In this document: positions 23,328 through 33,510 of the stretch, piece after piece | How the letters are laid out: each line of letters begins with the position of its first letter | Numbering within the stretch: position 1 is the stretch's first letter | Source: a virus | Reading direction: 5' to 3' (one strand) | IMG/VR virus record: IMGVR_UViG_3300032401_000001 | Coordinates: 96,001-160,000 of that record | DNA length: 64,000 nt | Notes under the pieces: model-generated | Database searches by the model: none | Told to the model about the DNA's origin: nothing | What the model saw: only the letters and a program-made list of their open reading frames with translations | Translations under genes and position numbers: made by a program

Positions 23328-24200
23328 TCACTGCAGGAAGGGCATTCCTGTGCCGGCCATCGATCCGCGCATCTTGGTCAGCCAATCACTGGCTTGCTGT
23401 GCGCGCGATGGTGGTTCACTGGGTGCAGCCATGGCGCCACCCGTGATGCCACCGATGAGACTTCCGCCAGCGACGCCAGCGCCACCGCGTGTGAAAGGTC
23501 GCTCGAGTTGTGGATGTCGCGCGAGGATTTGTTGAACGCGTGCAGTTCCTTCTTCTCCGGCACGGGCTGCGCGTACCGGACTGACGATGCCGCTGAGGGT
23601 TCGCTTTCCGGCGTCACTCAAGCCACGGCCAGCAAATCCTCCAGCAGCGCCGCCGAGCAGTGCACCTCCGGCAGCGCCGCCGAGAGCACCACGCGCAGCT
23701 CCGCTCCAACCCCTGCCTTCCGGTGCTGCGATGGCGCCGCTGATGGCGCCGGGGATGGCACCACCGAGGCCACCGGCCAGAGCACCGCGGCCGATGAGAC
23801 CGAGCAGAGGGCCGATGCCGAGCTTCTCGACGGCGGCGATCTTGCCCTGCAGGACGAAGCGATTCTCGTTCACGGCGGACTCCTTCTTGCGCGCAGGTGA
23901 CTTTGTGATTTCTTCGGGCTTGCGGAGTGCTTCGCGTGCGTTGTGCTTCGGCAAGTTCGCGATCATACGCGAGCGACGCGCGTCGATTGAACCAGGTCCT
24001 GGCGATGCCCAGGCGGTGTCGGGGCTGAAGAGCATACTGTTCACGCGTCCGCGCTGATGTTGTTTCAGCAGACCGAACAGTCGGTCGTCGATCGGACGAC
24101 GAGCAATCTCCGTGAGTTGGTGGCCACCGTAGTGATGGGACCCTCTGCGGAGCATGTCCTTGAGGTAACGCGGCACACCTGCGCGTTTCTCTTCGTTCAC
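23328..24200 (-). CDS. putative internal virion protein, glycine-zipper-like
   Basis: GKIAAVEKLGI motif; repeated GGA helices. Confidence 0.65.
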   Translation of the reverse strand: MNEEKRAGVPRYLKDMLRRGSHHYGGHQLTEIARRPIDDRLFGLLKQHQRGRVNSMLFSPDTAWASPGPGSIDARRSRMIANLPKHNAREALRKPEEITKSPARKKESAVNENRFVLQGKIAAVEKLGIGPLLGLIGRGALAGGLGGAIPGAISGAIAAPEGRGWSGAARGALGGAAGGALLGGAAGGFAGRGLSDAGKRTLSGIVSPVRAARAGEEGTARVQQILARHPQLERPFTRGGAGVAGGSLIGGITGGAMAAPSEPPSRAQQASDWLTKMRGSMAGTGMPFLQ

Positions 24201-24688
24201 GGCAGATTCCTTTGCGAGGCGGCGAGGATGGGCGCGGTGTTGTTGAAGCCCAGTTCCTGCAGCGCGGCGATCTTGCCGAAGTCGTAGGCGCTGCGCTTCT
24301 CGTGTGACATCGACCAGCGGCGACCGAGATGGGCACCGGTACCACCACCGACTGCGCCACCAAGGACTGCGCCGAGCAGCGCGGCGCGCATAGTGGTGTC
24401 CTTGTTCTTGTCACTGAAATGGTGACCAAGGGCACCACCGAGATAGGCGCCTCCGGTCATGCCCAGGATGCTCCCGAGCGCGGCGCCACCACCACTGGCG
24501 AGTCCGCGTTGGGCAGCGTGCCGATCTGGTCCGGTGAGGCCACCGGTGAGCATACCACCGGTGAATGCTGGAAGCGGCCCGAGAGCTCCACCAAGTGCAC
24601 CGACGACTGGCGTGGCAATGCTGCCCTGTTCGGCGTTGCGAGCGCTGGTCTTGACGAGCTGACGCACGACTTCACTGGCGTACGACAT
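24197..24688 (-). CDS. putative internal virion protein, glycine-zipper-like
   Basis: YDFGKIAALQELGF motif at the C-terminus. Confidence 0.65.
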   Translation of the reverse strand: MSYASEVVRQLVKTSARNAEQGSIATPVVGALGGALGPLPAFTGGMLTGGLTGPDRHAAQRGLASGGGAALGSILGMTGGAYLGGALGHHFSDKNKDTTMRAALLGAVLGGAVGGGTGAHLGRRWSMSHEKRSAYDFGKIAALQELGFNNTAPILAASQRNLP

Positions 24689-24697
24689 GGGTGGCTC

Positions 24698-25057
24698 CTA
24701 CGCGAAGACGTACATTTTCAGCGTCGCGGGCACCGTAGTGGTGCTGACCTTCACGCCGGTGATGGCGCCGTCGGGGTTGTGGATGAGGATGAAGCCAGCA
24801 CCGGTCTTCACGGTGAGCGCGATGGTGCTGTTGTTGAGCTTGATCTGCAGGTCGGCGCCGCTGGCTTCGATGAGCAGCAGCTTGGCGCTGGCAACTGGCA
24901 GGTCGATGACTTCGTCGACGGCGGTGACGCTGAACGGCTTCTCGACGTACAGCGCGGCGGTGTACGCCAGCGAGATGGCGAGGTTGTGCTTGGCGGCTTG
25001 TTTGCCATCTTCGAGGGGCCAGGTGAGTTCGCCGGCGAAGGTCAGGGTACGAGCCAT
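24698..25057 (-). CDS. putative structural beta-rich protein
   Basis: GGAG SD; 119 aa. Confidence 0.7.
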   Translation of the reverse strand: MARTLTFAGELTWPLEDGKQAAKHNLAISLAYTAALYVEKPFSVTAVDEVIDLPVASAKLLLIEASGADLQIKLNNSTIALTVKTGAGFILIHNPDGAITGVKVSTTTVPATLKMYVFA

Positions 25058-25072
25058 GGAAATCGCTCCTCT

Positions 25073-25771
25073 TTACGGCGTAAACTGGCTCATTACTTCG
25101 CCAGTGTTGACGTTGGTGACGCCCTGGGTCAGACGGTTGTTCTCACCCCGGTTGGCCTTGAACGGCGGCACCGTGGCGTAGAAGTGGGCGGCGATGTAGT
25201 TGGCCCCGTCGAGTGCGACCATTCCGGCGATCACGTCGTCAAGATGCTTCGCTAGTTGGCGGAGTTCGAAAGGCCCGAAGCGACCAAAGCGGTGGCCCTG
25301 CCCGAGAGTGCGAATCCACTGTTGAACGCCGGCCGTCGATCGATACGCGGCGCCCGCCTGGTTGACGGTGGTGAACAGCTTCTCCGCTGAGTTGAGTCCG
25401 AGCACGAAGACGATGCGAACGGCGGCCCAGAAATCCAGATCGGCGCGGGTCCACCAGGTAGCGTACTGCGCGTGGAGCTGACGACCGTAGTCGTTTGCGA
25501 GTTGGCACCAGAGGTAGAGATTCTGCTGTGGGTCACGCGCCGCAACTTCCGTCTGTCCCAGATGGGAGACCTCGGCGACGCGCAGGCGCATGATACCGAC
25601 GGTACGCTGGGTCGCGTCACGGGTGGGCGGGTCGGCGCTGCCGTTGGTCTCGGCGGCCATGTGCGCCAACCCCAGGCTGCGGGGTGCGGGTCCCCGCCAA
25701 CGGTCCAGTGTCGCATTCCACAGGACGCCGAGTTCGCGCAACCGGGTGGGGCTGGTGCCGTACAGGATCAC
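25073..25771 (-). CDS. possible lytic transglycosylase/lysozyme-like protein
   Basis: GAGGA SD before GTG; AETNG...VGIMRL...DPQQN loosely matches SLT motifs. Confidence 0.45.
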   Translation of the reverse strand: MILYGTSPTRLRELGVLWNATLDRWRGPAPRSLGLAHMAAETNGSADPPTRDATQRTVGIMRLRVAEVSHLGQTEVAARDPQQNLYLWCQLANDYGRQLHAQYATWWTRADLDFWAAVRIVFVLGLNSAEKLFTTVNQAGAAYRSTAGVQQWIRTLGQGHRFGRFGPFELRQLAKHLDDVIAGMVALDGANYIAAHFYATVPPFKANRGENNRLTQGVTNVNTGEVMSQFTP

Positions 25772-26157
25772 GCTGTCCTCAGTGCTGTGGCTAGTCCCCG
25801 TACGACCTGGGCGAGGTGGGGCGACATGGCGGACGCCGTCACGACTCGGGCGGCGGCGGTGGGCGCTGCGGCAGCGGCCGCAGGGGCTGCGGCAGCTGCG
25901 GCGGGGGCACCAGCGGCCGCTGCGGCGGCCCGGCGCGCCAGGTAGCCCTTGCCGAGGCCACGGAGCCCCAGCGCGGCCAGCAGGCCGCCAGCGATGAGCC
26001 CAGTGGGCAAGGCCCATTTTGGCCAGGCGTACGGATCCCACTGCGGCGGCGCGTAGAACTGCGGGGGCAGTTGTGTGGGGTCGTCGATGCCGGGATTGTA
26101 GCCCGACTCACCGTAGGTGCCGGCCGGCATCGCGGGCACGTCTTGGGCAGTCTTCAT
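25768..26157 (-). CDS. membrane-anchored Ala-rich protein
   Basis: One TM-like helix; late-promoter-like motif upstream. Confidence 0.6.
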   Translation of the reverse strand: MKTAQDVPAMPAGTYGESGYNPGIDDPTQLPPQFYAPPQWDPYAWPKWALPTGLIAGGLLAALGLRGLGKGYLARRAAAAAAGAPAAAAAAPAAAAAAPTAAARVVTASAMSPHLAQVVRGLATALRTA

Positions 26158-26215
26158 CTGGGATCCTCGACGGGTTCGCCCAATTATAGGCTCTCCGCGA
26201 CGTTCCCGGTAGCCG

Positions 26216-27997
26216 TCAAGGATCGAACGGCACGTTAGCGCTGTCGTCGGTAGCGGCGACGGGGGCCATGGTGTCGTCGAAGGTCTGCTGCGCTTCGGTC
26301 ACTTCGGGTGCCGGACCGGGCAACATGGCTTCGGTGAATGTCTTTTGCTCAACGACGGTCAGTACTTGGTCGATGCTGTCGACAGCTTGTTCGAACGCCG
26401 TTGGTCCCGAGGAGAGCCCGAGCAGCAGGCTGATGAGGGCTTGTACCGAAGCCAGGTTGGCTGGATTGGGCGCCCCCGCGAAGAGGACGACACCGGCGGT
26501 GACGCCGTGCCGGAAGTACGGGGGTGCGGTGATGTCGGACTCATCGCTGAGACGCTGGGTCAAAGCGCTGGCGAACGCCTGTGTGCCACCACGGCTGCCG
26601 GAGATGAGCGTCACGTAGATGCCACTCTGGGGCAACCGCATGAGCTCGATGAGCGATTTCACCCGCTCGTTGATCATGGTGGCGTAGGCGATGTAGCGGT
26701 CCACCTCGCTCTTCAGGAACGCCAGGTAGCTCTGCAGGGCGTTGGAGGCGCCGACTACCTGGCTCTTCAGCGTCTCGACGTAGTCACGGAGCAGGGCCAG
26801 GAAGTACTTGAGGTCGGGGAAGAGATCGAGGGCGCTGGGCGTGGCGTCCCAATCGGGCGGGGTGCCACCGTACGAGAAGGGGATCTTGTCGGCGTCGACG
26901 CGGACCTTCACGGTGTTGCTGATCTGCTGGTAGCGCTGCGAGACGAACGTCGTGTACTTGCCAGACCGATCGGCAACGGCGAGGCCATAACGGTACGCGA
27001 GCGCGTAGTAGTAGTCTTGGCCTTTGGCGAGCGTGGCGTCGTTATCGACGTAGCTATCCTGGGCACCGTCGAAGAGCTTGAGCTTCAGCAGCGTGGTCTG
27101 GCCTTTACCCGTGGTGAAGGTTTTGACGTTGCTACGCTCACGGTCTTCGCCGCCGAGCGGGGTGGGCTGATAGCCGAGCATGAAGCCGTCCCAGCCCTTG
27201 GCGGCGATGGTGCGTGGGTCAGTCGAACGCAGGATGGCGATTTCCTGGATGCTGACGCGGGTGTTCTCCCCGAAACCGGTGAGGACTTGGTCCGTCGGGG
27301 GATTCGTCCAGTTGAGGTGTACGCCGACGCGGGGTGTGCCGGGCGCGGCGATGGTGCGGGCACGCAGGTCTTGTGGTGTCCGCGCTACTACGGCGGGCAG
27401 CATCTTTCGACTCTTGAGGGCACCGTCGAAGACCGCCATCAGGCGGATGACGTAGTCGAAGAGCTCGAGGATGCTGGTGCCACCGGCGAGGATGACCACG
27501 GCGTAGTAAGCGTCTGTGTCGCTGTACTGAGGTCGATTCAGGTCGCGTTCGTCAGCGATGGATTCCATGACGGTGCGGCCGTAGGACGCATTGCCGCCTT
27601 CGACGTTGAAGACGGCGTTCAGCTTATCTTGGAAGCTCATGTCCGAGACATCGTTCGGACGCAGGTTCGTGGTGAGTCCGTCGTTGTACGGGGACAGGGA
27701 CAGCAGCTCCTGGGCGTCAGGCGGCAGGGCGACGCGCGGCGGCACTGTCAGAAGATGAATCTTGGCGGCGCCTTCGATGTACTGCGTGAGGACGTCTTCA
27801 ATGGCTTGCAGCGCGGTCTGGATGAGCAAGGCTTCGGCGCTGAGGATGTCGACGATCAGCTTGGCGACGATGTCCGTGGCGGTCTGGACGATGGTGAGCA
27901 CCAACGTCAGGGTGTCGGTGAGTCGTTGAACGCCTTCCGCGAGCGGCTTGATCGGTCCTAGATCGAAGCTCAGTGATTTCCACTGGCCGTCAGCCAT
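26216..27997 (-). CDS. putative baseplate/tail structural protein
   Basis: 593 aa, located in the virion module. Confidence 0.6.
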   Translation of the reverse strand: MADGQWKSLSFDLGPIKPLAEGVQRLTDTLTLVLTIVQTATDIVAKLIVDILSAEALLIQTALQAIEDVLTQYIEGAAKIHLLTVPPRVALPPDAQELLSLSPYNDGLTTNLRPNDVSDMSFQDKLNAVFNVEGGNASYGRTVMESIADERDLNRPQYSDTDAYYAVVILAGGTSILELFDYVIRLMAVFDGALKSRKMLPAVVARTPQDLRARTIAAPGTPRVGVHLNWTNPPTDQVLTGFGENTRVSIQEIAILRSTDPRTIAAKGWDGFMLGYQPTPLGGEDRERSNVKTFTTGKGQTTLLKLKLFDGAQDSYVDNDATLAKGQDYYYALAYRYGLAVADRSGKYTTFVSQRYQQISNTVKVRVDADKIPFSYGGTPPDWDATPSALDLFPDLKYFLALLRDYVETLKSQVVGASNALQSYLAFLKSEVDRYIAYATMINERVKSLIELMRLPQSGIYVTLISGSRGGTQAFASALTQRLSDESDITAPPYFRHGVTAGVVLFAGAPNPANLASVQALISLLLGLSSGPTAFEQAVDSIDQVLTVVEQKTFTEAMLPGPAPEVTEAQQTFDDTMAPVAATDDSANVPFDP

Positions 27998-28199
27998 GGG
28001 TCTTCTCGGGATCGGTCAGGTTGATTGGTTGGCGCAGCAGGGTGCGCGCGGCGGTTAGCTGCGCTTCAGCCTCAGCGATAGCCTTACCGCCACCAGGTAC
28101 GCGACGGAGTTCTGGGGCTTGACTGCGAATCAGCGCTTCGAGTTGATCGAAGCGGCGCAGGATGACCAGCCGCTGGGCACGCAACGCCAAGTTCGCCAT
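27990..28199 (-). CDS. small hypothetical protein
   Basis: Likely start MANLALRAQ; overlaps the next start codon. Confidence 0.45.
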   Translation of the reverse strand: MANLALRAQRLVILRRFDQLEALIRSQAPELRRVPGGGKAIAEAEAQLTAARTLLRQPINLTDPEKTHG

Positions 28200-28317
28200 C
28201 CGTGCAGCTAGTGGTGGTTTGCCCTGTGGGGATTGCCAGGCGCCGATCACAACGCGAATCGTAGCACGGTCGCCGGTATAAGAGATAGAGACCTCACTAC
28301 GACGAAAGGAGCTGACG

Positions 28318-28692
28318 ATGTGGGTAATTGGGATTGTCGTCTTCACGGTAGTGGCCCTCGCCATCATCGGCGGGGGTAAAGAGGCGAAGCCGGTCACGGA
28401 TCGGCTCGCGCAGATGGTGGCGTCACACGCACCAGTGCTGTTGGACTACGGGAAGGCTCTCTACGCAGTGCGCCTGGTGGGGCTCGAGGAGAAGATGGTG
28501 GGCGTGGTCGATGGCGCAGGTCGTTATGCGACTTTCGTGCTCGACAAGATCGTGCTCACGGAAGCGCCAGAAAGCGCCCTGGCGGAGGTTGGACTCCGTT
28601 TGCCGAATCTGGACAACGGAGTTCCGTCGACGTCGGCGGCGGCGGAGGGTGCAGTGGGCGCGACAGCTGCTGACGACATGGCGCCGGTGTAG
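28318..28692 (+). CDS. hypothetical membrane-anchored protein
   Basis: AAGGAG SD; N-terminal hydrophobic helix; terminator downstream. Confidence 0.7.
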   Translation: MWVIGIVVFTVVALAIIGGGKEAKPVTDRLAQMVASHAPVLLDYGKALYAVRLVGLEEKMVGVVDGAGRYATFVLDKIVLTEAPESALAEVGLRLPNLDNGVPSTSAAAEGAVGATAADDMAPV

Positions 28693-28707
28693 TCGATAAG
28701 CCGGTGG

Positions 28708-28740
28708 CGGCGGGGCATCACTGCCCGCCGCTTTTCTTTA
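28708..28740 (+). terminator. intrinsic terminator
   Basis: GCGGCGGG/CCCGCCGC hairpin plus TTTTCTTT. Confidence 0.6.
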
Positions 28741-28759
28741 GCTGTGATACCGTAAGGCC

Positions 28760-29194
28760 ATGACGGCCGAGATGGTGGTTGATCTACGTCCCCTCGCGGT
28801 GGATAAGTTGGTGACGCTGTCCGCTGAAGCCGTGGTGCAGCGTCGACAACGGGCTGAAGAGTTGGTGCTGCACTTCGAGCAGCGGTGCAGTGATCTCCGT
28901 ACTCGACTCGAAGATGCTCAGACCATGTACCGGTTCCTGGTTCAGGAGCGCGACAACGCGGTGCTGGCGTTGCGGCTGCAGGCGAACGAAGTTGTGCGGG
29001 TCATCTGTCCGACGTGCAAGGGCAGTGGGCTGAAACCCACCGATGTACTGGCAGGACAGATACACCGCAAGTCGGCCTTTGAGAGCGTGGGTGAACCGGT
29101 ACGGCGCATCGAGCCGAGTGAAGTGCCCGAGACAGAGCGCTGCAGTGCGTGCGGGGGGAAGCGTTGGGTGCTGATGGATCGGTTCTGCGGCTAG
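28760..29194 (+). CDS. coiled-coil protein with DnaJ-type CxxCxGxG zinc motifs
   Basis: CPTCKGSG and CSACGG. Confidence 0.65.
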   Translation: MTAEMVVDLRPLAVDKLVTLSAEAVVQRRQRAEELVLHFEQRCSDLRTRLEDAQTMYRFLVQERDNAVLALRLQANEVVRVICPTCKGSGLKPTDVLAGQIHRKSAFESVGEPVRRIEPSEVPETERCSACGGKRWVLMDRFCG

Positions 29195-30024
29195 GTGACG
29201 ACGGGGACGGAGAGCCGGGAGACGTGCGGGCCACAACGGTACTCGAGCGGCACGATGCGGCCGTTGGCGGAGACGCTGCCCGGGGGGTCGAAGGTGACCG
29301 AACCGGTGACCAGCTCGGTGATGGCACAGGCGGTGCCGCCGAGGGTGAGACTCACGCCCGGGCCGATTCCGCCGGTCAGGAAGGTCTCGGCGGCTGCGGC
29401 GTTGATGGTGCCGCCCACGCCCGTGGTGGCCTGCACCAGCAGCTTGGCGCCGGCGTAAGCGTTGATGGCGCTGACGATGTCGGCGACGGTTGAGCCACCG
29501 ACGGCGGGACGCACGATGACCTTGCTGCCAGAGATGCTCACGTCCAGTGTGCTGGACGGCGTGATGATCTGGCAGGAGATTCCGTTGCCAGGTGCGCCCG
29601 GGACGACGGCTTCGAGATCGAGACGCGCTGCGCCGATCAGGATCTGAGTGGTGGCCTTCACCTGGTTGCCGAGCAGGTTGGTACCGGTGACGACCTTGCC
29701 GGTGCCCGGGGTGCCGGTGCTGTAGTTCGCGGCCTGGAACTCGTTCAGCGTGGGCAGGCCCTGCACGCCTTCCGGCTGGGCACGGTCGTCGGCGCCATCG
29801 GCGATGACGGACCAGCGCAGGCCGATGAGGACGTTCCCGAGGGCGTCCTTGACGGGCTGCTGTTCCAGCGCGCGCAGTTGGGGCGCCAGGCGTTGCATGA
29901 GGTCGACGGAGACATCGAAGTCGCTGGTGTGGCCACCTTCCACCTCGGCGACGAAGTAGGTGTAGCCCTGGGGGTCCTTGACGACGACGCGGGCCAGGCC
30001 AACGTTCTGCAGGCGGAGTTTCAT
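29191..30024 (-). CDS. putative virion structural protein
   Basis: 277 aa; N-terminus paralogous to 31131-31523. Confidence 0.7.
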   Translation of the reverse strand: MKLRLQNVGLARVVVKDPQGYTYFVAEVEGGHTSDFDVSVDLMQRLAPQLRALEQQPVKDALGNVLIGLRWSVIADGADDRAQPEGVQGLPTLNEFQAANYSTGTPGTGKVVTGTNLLGNQVKATTQILIGAARLDLEAVVPGAPGNGISCQIITPSSTLDVSISGSKVIVRPAVGGSTVADIVSAINAYAGAKLLVQATTGVGGTINAAAAETFLTGGIGPGVSLTLGGTACAITELVTGSVTFDPPGSVSANGRIVPLEYRCGPHVSRLSVPVVT

Positions 30025-30086
30025 CGCGCGCTCCTCTCGAAGGAATCGTCGGAATTATAGGGTGATAGGAGACGGCTCACAAGCGG

Positions 30087-31115
30087 CTAGGTGACGTTGT
30101 GAGCGTGGCTGCCGCTGCTGACGCTGTGGGTGTGGGTAGCTTCGCCACCGGTGGCAGCGCCGTGGTCGTGCGCGGCTTGTGCAGCCGTGGGCAGCACCCG
30201 GTACTGCACGTTGTAGACGTGCGTGCCGTTGGGGGTGGTGCCCGGGATCACGGTGCCGGAGGCAGTGTGGATCGAGCTGTAGCCCTCCGCGCCGCCGTTC
30301 AGACCGACCCTGTCGACGTCGGAAACGGCGACCCCCAGGCCGAAGCCGTTGCCGGTCTGGACGTCGGTGGTGCCCACCGGGTCTACGTTGCTGCGGACCC
30401 GCGTGATTGAGGCGAACGCCTTGATGCCCTGGAACGTACCAGCGCCCGAAGCGTTGATGATGTCCTGCAGTGCGACGCCGTCCTGGTCGAGCCCGTCGAT
30501 GGTGTAGACCGTGGCTACGCCACCGACACCGACGACGATCCGTACTGTACGGCTGGGGCTGTACACGTAGAAGGGACCGACGGCGTCGTCGATGATGGCG
30601 CCACCGGCGTAGGGGCTGGCGATGTAGGCCTCGCCGGGAGCTTCGACTGCTCCCATGAACTGCTGCATCCGAATCTTGTCGGCGGTGATCCCCGGTGTGG
30701 CCGAGGCCACTGAGTGGGCGTGAGAGGCTCCGGCACCGGTGGCGGTGACGCCCGTGCCGGCACTGGCTACGGCCAGCACGTCGGTGCCGCCGGCGGTCTT
30801 GTGCGTCGTGGCGTGTGCACCGGGCGCCGGGCCAGTGACGACGAGCGTACCAAGACTGAACTCCGGCTGGTGCGTCCAGGCGTACTCGACAGTGCCGGCG
30901 GCGACCTGAACTTGCAGCGCGGTGAAAGCACTCGCGGCGAGTCCGCCGGTTCGACCATGGGCCGGATCGACCGTCAGGTTGGGCCACAGTTCGGCGGTGA
31001 CGTCGAAAGCCTTGCCGCGGGCGCCGGGGATGAGACTGGCGGGCAGCGTGACTACGGGGGATCCAGCGGCGAGCGCCACTGGCGAAGTCGTCTTGTTGTA
31101 CGCGAGCAGTGGCAT
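30087..31115 (-). CDS. putative virion structural/fibre protein
   Basis: 342 aa; SHAHS/THTHS phage-fibre-like repeats. Confidence 0.65.
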   Translation of the reverse strand: MPLLAYNKTTSPVALAAGSPVVTLPASLIPGARGKAFDVTAELWPNLTVDPAHGRTGGLAASAFTALQVQVAAGTVEYAWTHQPEFSLGTLVVTGPAPGAHATTHKTAGGTDVLAVASAGTGVTATGAGASHAHSVASATPGITADKIRMQQFMGAVEAPGEAYIASPYAGGAIIDDAVGPFYVYSPSRTVRIVVGVGGVATVYTIDGLDQDGVALQDIINASGAGTFQGIKAFASITRVRSNVDPVGTTDVQTGNGFGLGVAVSDVDRVGLNGGAEGYSSIHTASGTVIPGTTPNGTHVYNVQYRVLPTAAQAAHDHGAATGGEATHTHSVSSGSHAHNVT

Positions 31116-31130
31116 TGTCGTCTCCTTCGT

Positions 31131-31523
31131 CTACGAAAGGTTGCCGTCAGCGTCGACCCAGGCAGTGCCGTTCGACCACTGCGGCGCGCCGTTCGCACCT
31201 TCGTCGGTGACGAAGACAGCCGTGCCGGCTGGTACGGTGTTGGCCAGCGGCCGGTTGATGGTGGTGCAGGCGAACTCGAACATGTCCTGCGCGCTGGTGA
31301 TCGCTTTGTAGGCGATCTTGAGGTAGTAGTCGCTGAGATTGGGCGCCAGCACTGGATGCGCCACCGCGTCTTGCAGGGCGGGTCCGAGGCGGTACACGAC
31401 ATCGGGAGAGATCTCGAAGACCTTGGTCGAGAGCGGGGCGACCTCGCCGACGAAGGGCGAGTAGCCCTGGGGATCCTTGAAGACGAAGGGCGCGATGCCC
31501 AGGTTCTGAACGGACAGTTGCAT
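31131..31523 (-). CDS. putative virion structural protein
   Basis: AAGGAG SD before ATG 31523. Confidence 0.7.
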   Translation of the reverse strand: MQLSVQNLGIAPFVFKDPQGYSPFVGEVAPLSTKVFEISPDVVYRLGPALQDAVAHPVLAPNLSDYYLKIAYKAITSAQDMFEFACTTINRPLANTVPAGTAVFVTDEGANGAPQWSNGTAWVDADGNLS

Positions 31524-31639
31524 GCGCGTTCTCCTTGCCCCGCAAGTATAGGGCATTGCGTCAGAGCGCGAAAGACGCTAGTCTAAAGGCAGTCGGAACT
31601 ACCGGGTCCGACGGTGCGGGCTGAGGGTGTTACACTCCA

Positions 31640-31850
31640 GCGTTGGCGTACGAAAGCCGTGGGGATGTCCTGAGACGCTCGTCGTCAACGGCTCCTGCAG
31701 CTGCCCGGCCCCGAAGGACGGCGTAAGCCGTTCGACCCAGGTTCGGTTGCGTGGTTCGGGGACGTGAGAACCTGGTCAAGCCCCTCGAGGGCAGGGCGCA
31801 AGCCCGACGAGCCTCGCCGCACTTCGGTGCTCGCGGGGCTCGTCACTTTA
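31640..31850 (+). ncRNA. candidate structured small RNA antisense to the late region
   Basis: TACACT -10 upstream; GNRA/UUCG-capped hairpins; terminator 31805-31850. Confidence 0.4.
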
Positions 31851-31860
31851 CGGGGTAAAG

Positions 31861-33498
31861 TCAGGCAGTGAACACCTTCGCGGAGAGGGTGGTGGGCAGC
31901 GCCGCTTGCAGCGTCGAGAGCGCCGAGCTGAGCGTCGAGAAAGCTCCCATCAAGGTACTGACGAAGGCGAGCAGGACGCTGCCATCGACGGGGATTCCCG
32001 GCATGGCGGCGGCCGTGGCGGCAGTGCAGGCCATCATGGCGGTGGTGCAGGCGCCGATGGCGGTGGCGCAGTAGGTGCTGAAGACCGTCGAATAGATGGT
32101 GCCTTTCACGACGGGGTTGGCGAGCGCTGCGGCACTGGGACCCAGTGTCACCTGGGTGCCATCGACGTTGGCGATGCCGAGCAACGTCTTCAGAGTGGCG
32201 AGTCCGGCCGTGGTTTGCAACGTGGCATTGCCGAGGATCGTGCTGAAGAGAACGTTGCCGCGGATCTTCGCGGCCATCGTGATGTCGCCGGTGAATGTGC
32301 TCAGGTTGTAGCCGGCGAGCAGAAGGGGGTTGAGGGCACCGTCGAGCGGGTTGCCGATCGCAATCTCCCAGGTGCCGTTGACGACCTTGGTCTTGCGGAT
32401 GACCTGCTTGGGGATGCCGGTTGCAGGGTTGCCACCGGTGGTGGTTTCGAGGATGTTGCCGCCAACGCTGTCGGTACGGTGACGGACGACCGTTTCGGTG
32501 AGGTCGTTGCCGACCATGCGCGTTTCGCTGCTGGAGACGGTGGCCAGTCGATTGCCTTCCACGCGACAGGTTTCGCGGCCGCCCACGGATTCGTTGTTGT
32601 CGCCGCTGGTGATCGTCGCGCGATTGCTGTGGGTCATGTCGCGATGGTCTTTGTAGCTGGTGACGTCGATGGCGTCGGCGCTGTAGATCTCGAGTTTGCC
32701 TTCACCGTCGACCTTGAACGTGAAGAGCGGCGTGCCGTCGGGCATCGTCAGTGCGAAACGAAACATGTCGCCTTCGGCACCAAGGTCGACGCGAATCGAC
32801 CAGTTCTCCTGGTCGGCACCGGCTTCAGTGGCTTGATGGGCACCACCACGGAAACGCCAGTTTGTTCTTCCGTTCTCGCTCGTGATTTCGCTGATGCCCA
32901 TGTCTGAGATTTGGCGAAAGTTGCGGCAGATGACTTCGACGAGGTCTTTGACCTGGTGAGTGCGTACCTCGGCGAACCCCGACTTCATCGTGTTCAAGCC
33001 GCCGGACAAGGCGCCGATCATGTTGCCGTCAGGACCAAGGATGGCCTTGTCGCCTGGTAGCAGGTTGGTGGGCATGTGGGGCAGGCGGTAGACGCCGGCA
33101 CTACCTGCAACAGCGGGCTCGGTGGTTTCGTCAGAGCTGGTGGCGGTGGGCGGTGGCAGCGTACCGCGGCCGGCAGTGAAAGGGACGACGCCGATGATCA
33201 GGGGCAGGTCGTAGTCATGGGTGAGCGCGACGTGGGTACCTACGGGTAGCAGCGTTGCGTCACCAGGGTCTTGCAGCATACGTCCCGCAGTGATCGGGCG
33301 AGTCGCGTTGCTTTCTTGCACTTGGTAGCTGTGGTCTTGGCTATTGACGCCGATGATGACTCCGCGCGCCGGTTTCTTGGTGGGGATCTTCCCCGAGAAC
33401 AACGAGGTGTGCTTGCGCTCCTGTGCGCGCTGGTAGCCGTCGGCGTCTGAGATGCGGATGGGGTCGAGATTGGGCGGGAAACTACCGGGGCGGTTCAT
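31861..33498 (-). CDS. baseplate central spike (gp5/gpV-like)
   Basis: N-terminal OB-fold-like region and ~8-residue beta-helix repeats (SVGG, RVEG, RMVG). Confidence 0.6.
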   Translation of the reverse strand: MNRPGSFPPNLDPIRISDADGYQRAQERKHTSLFSGKIPTKKPARGVIIGVNSQDHSYQVQESNATRPITAGRMLQDPGDATLLPVGTHVALTHDYDLPLIIGVVPFTAGRGTLPPPTATSSDETTEPAVAGSAGVYRLPHMPTNLLPGDKAILGPDGNMIGALSGGLNTMKSGFAEVRTHQVKDLVEVICRNFRQISDMGISEITSENGRTNWRFRGGAHQATEAGADQENWSIRVDLGAEGDMFRFALTMPDGTPLFTFKVDGEGKLEIYSADAIDVTSYKDHRDMTHSNRATITSGDNNESVGGRETCRVEGNRLATVSSSETRMVGNDLTETVVRHRTDSVGGNILETTTGGNPATGIPKQVIRKTKVVNGTWEIAIGNPLDGALNPLLLAGYNLSTFTGDITMAAKIRGNVLFSTILGNATLQTTAGLATLKTLLGIANVDGTQVTLGPSAAALANPVVKGTIYSTVFSTYCATAIGACTTAMMACTAATAAAMPGIPVDGSVLLAFVSTLMGAFSTLSSALSTLQAALPTTLSAKVFTA

Positions 33499-33510
33499 GC
33501 CCCTAGGATA

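Noticed and set aside
31650-31700. Hammerhead ribozyme (CTGAGA, CGAAA)
   Set aside because: The core does not match CUGANGA and the element order is wrong.
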